Assembly (NCBI GenBank): GCA_040143965.1
Contig: JASJQH010006940.1
Location: 1 to 35,382 of the forward strand
Origin: Basidiobolus ranarum
Lineage: Eukaryota
Reading direction: 5' to 3'
DNA: 35,382 nucleotides
The translations under genes were made by a program, and so were the position numbers. Of this stretch, positions 34,692-35,382 are shown one piece after another (the first letter of the stretch is position 1; every line of letters starts with the position of its first letter). The notes under the pieces were generated by a model. It did not search any database. It was not told the origin of the DNA and saw only the letters and a program-made list of their open reading frames with translations.

Positions 34692-35382
34692 ATGACAAGC
34701 GAGTCAGTTGACAACTTCAAAAGTCCTGATGAAAGAAATTTAGACTCACCGACAACGAAATCTACAACTTCTCCAGAAAGTAAAACTCTAAATTCGTACT
34801 TTCAAGAGGTTTGGCTAGGTGATCAAATCTCGCTTGCCGATGTTTTCAGTTTGGCATTTACTGGACATTTATCTTCGTACACATTAGTAGCAATCCACAC
34901 CAAAAGTAACGAATGGAGTAAACGTCTTGATGATACATATACCAATTTATTGAAAAGAACCAAATTAGATAAAGAGTCTCGTGAACGCTTTCTAAAAAAG
35001 ATAAAACTTGTGGAAAAACGAGAGAAGATGACGCGGAAGTGGCAAGAGCAAAATGTGGTTAGACTAAAAGATAAAATCGCTTTTGTTGTGGGTGTAAGCA
35101 ATATATTTGCTGCTGCTTATCTACTTGGAAGAGCACCCGCCTGGATACCAGAATGGTATACGTTTTGGGCTGTCACTTTAGTATCAGTCCGATTTCTGAT
35201 TTACAAGTCGAAATCATGGCATTACTTTGTGTTCGATCTGTGCTATTTTGTTAATTTATTGGTTGCTCTTTATCTCTGGGCCTTCCCAACGAATAAATCC
35301 ATCTTTAGTGCGGCCTTATTATTGACCAATGGGCCACTAATATGTGCAGGTGTGACTTGGCGCAACTCGATTGTGTTCCATT
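34692..35382 (+). CDS. GPC1: Glycerophosphocholine acyltransferase (DUF2838 family), 5' part, truncated by the window end
   Basis: Open frame from ATG 34692 to the window end: ...VRLKDKIAFVVGVSNI...WYT...RFLIYKSKSWHYFVFDLCYFVN...LTNGPL..AGVTWRNSIVFH, motifs of the GPC1/DUF2838 family. It is absent from the ORF track because there is no stop in the window. Confidence 0.88.
   Translation, partial: MTSESVDNFKSPDERNLDSPTTKSTTSPESKTLNSYFQEVWLGDQISLADVFSLAFTGHLSSYTLVAIHTKSNEWSKRLDDTYTNLLKRTKLDKESRERFLKKIKLVEKREKMTRKWQEQNVVRLKDKIAFVVGVSNIFAAAYLLGRAPAWIPEWYTFWAVTLVSVRFLIYKSKSWHYFVFDLCYFVNLLVALYLWAFPTNKSIFSAALLLTNGPLICAGVTWRNSIVFH

Overview
Gene-dense, AT-rich eukaryotic genomic DNA with short (mostly ~50-80 nt) GT-AG spliceosomal introns. 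Gene content and intron style suggest an early-diverging fungus (Zoopagomycota/Mucoromycota-like; inference, not a database result). I reconstructed 13 protein-coding genes by hand: a bHLH-ZIP transcription factor (+), molybdopterin synthase small subunit MOCS2A (-, absent from the ORF track), CWF19L1/Drn1 (+), UCS myosin chaperone She4/UNC-45 (+), BRR2 (+), ribokinase (+), CCT7 (-), MAEA/Fyv10 (-), APC4 (+), an unannotated 6-exon S/P-rich protein resembling FAM122/PABIR (-), a divergent Ste24-like M48 protease (-), a CLC chloride transporter (-) and the 5' part of GPC1 (+). No tRNA, rRNA, CRISPR array or recognisable transposon was seen. The best leads are: a possible fungal FAM122-type PP2A-B55 regulator; competing splice donors that could switch the bHLH C-terminus between a soluble and a hydrophobic frame; a Ste24 paralogue with intact Zn ligands but a remodelled active-site loop; two zinc knuckles inserted in CWF19L1; and an unusually long putative 5'UTR intron in GPC1. 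All splice models are manual and need RNA-seq confirmation.
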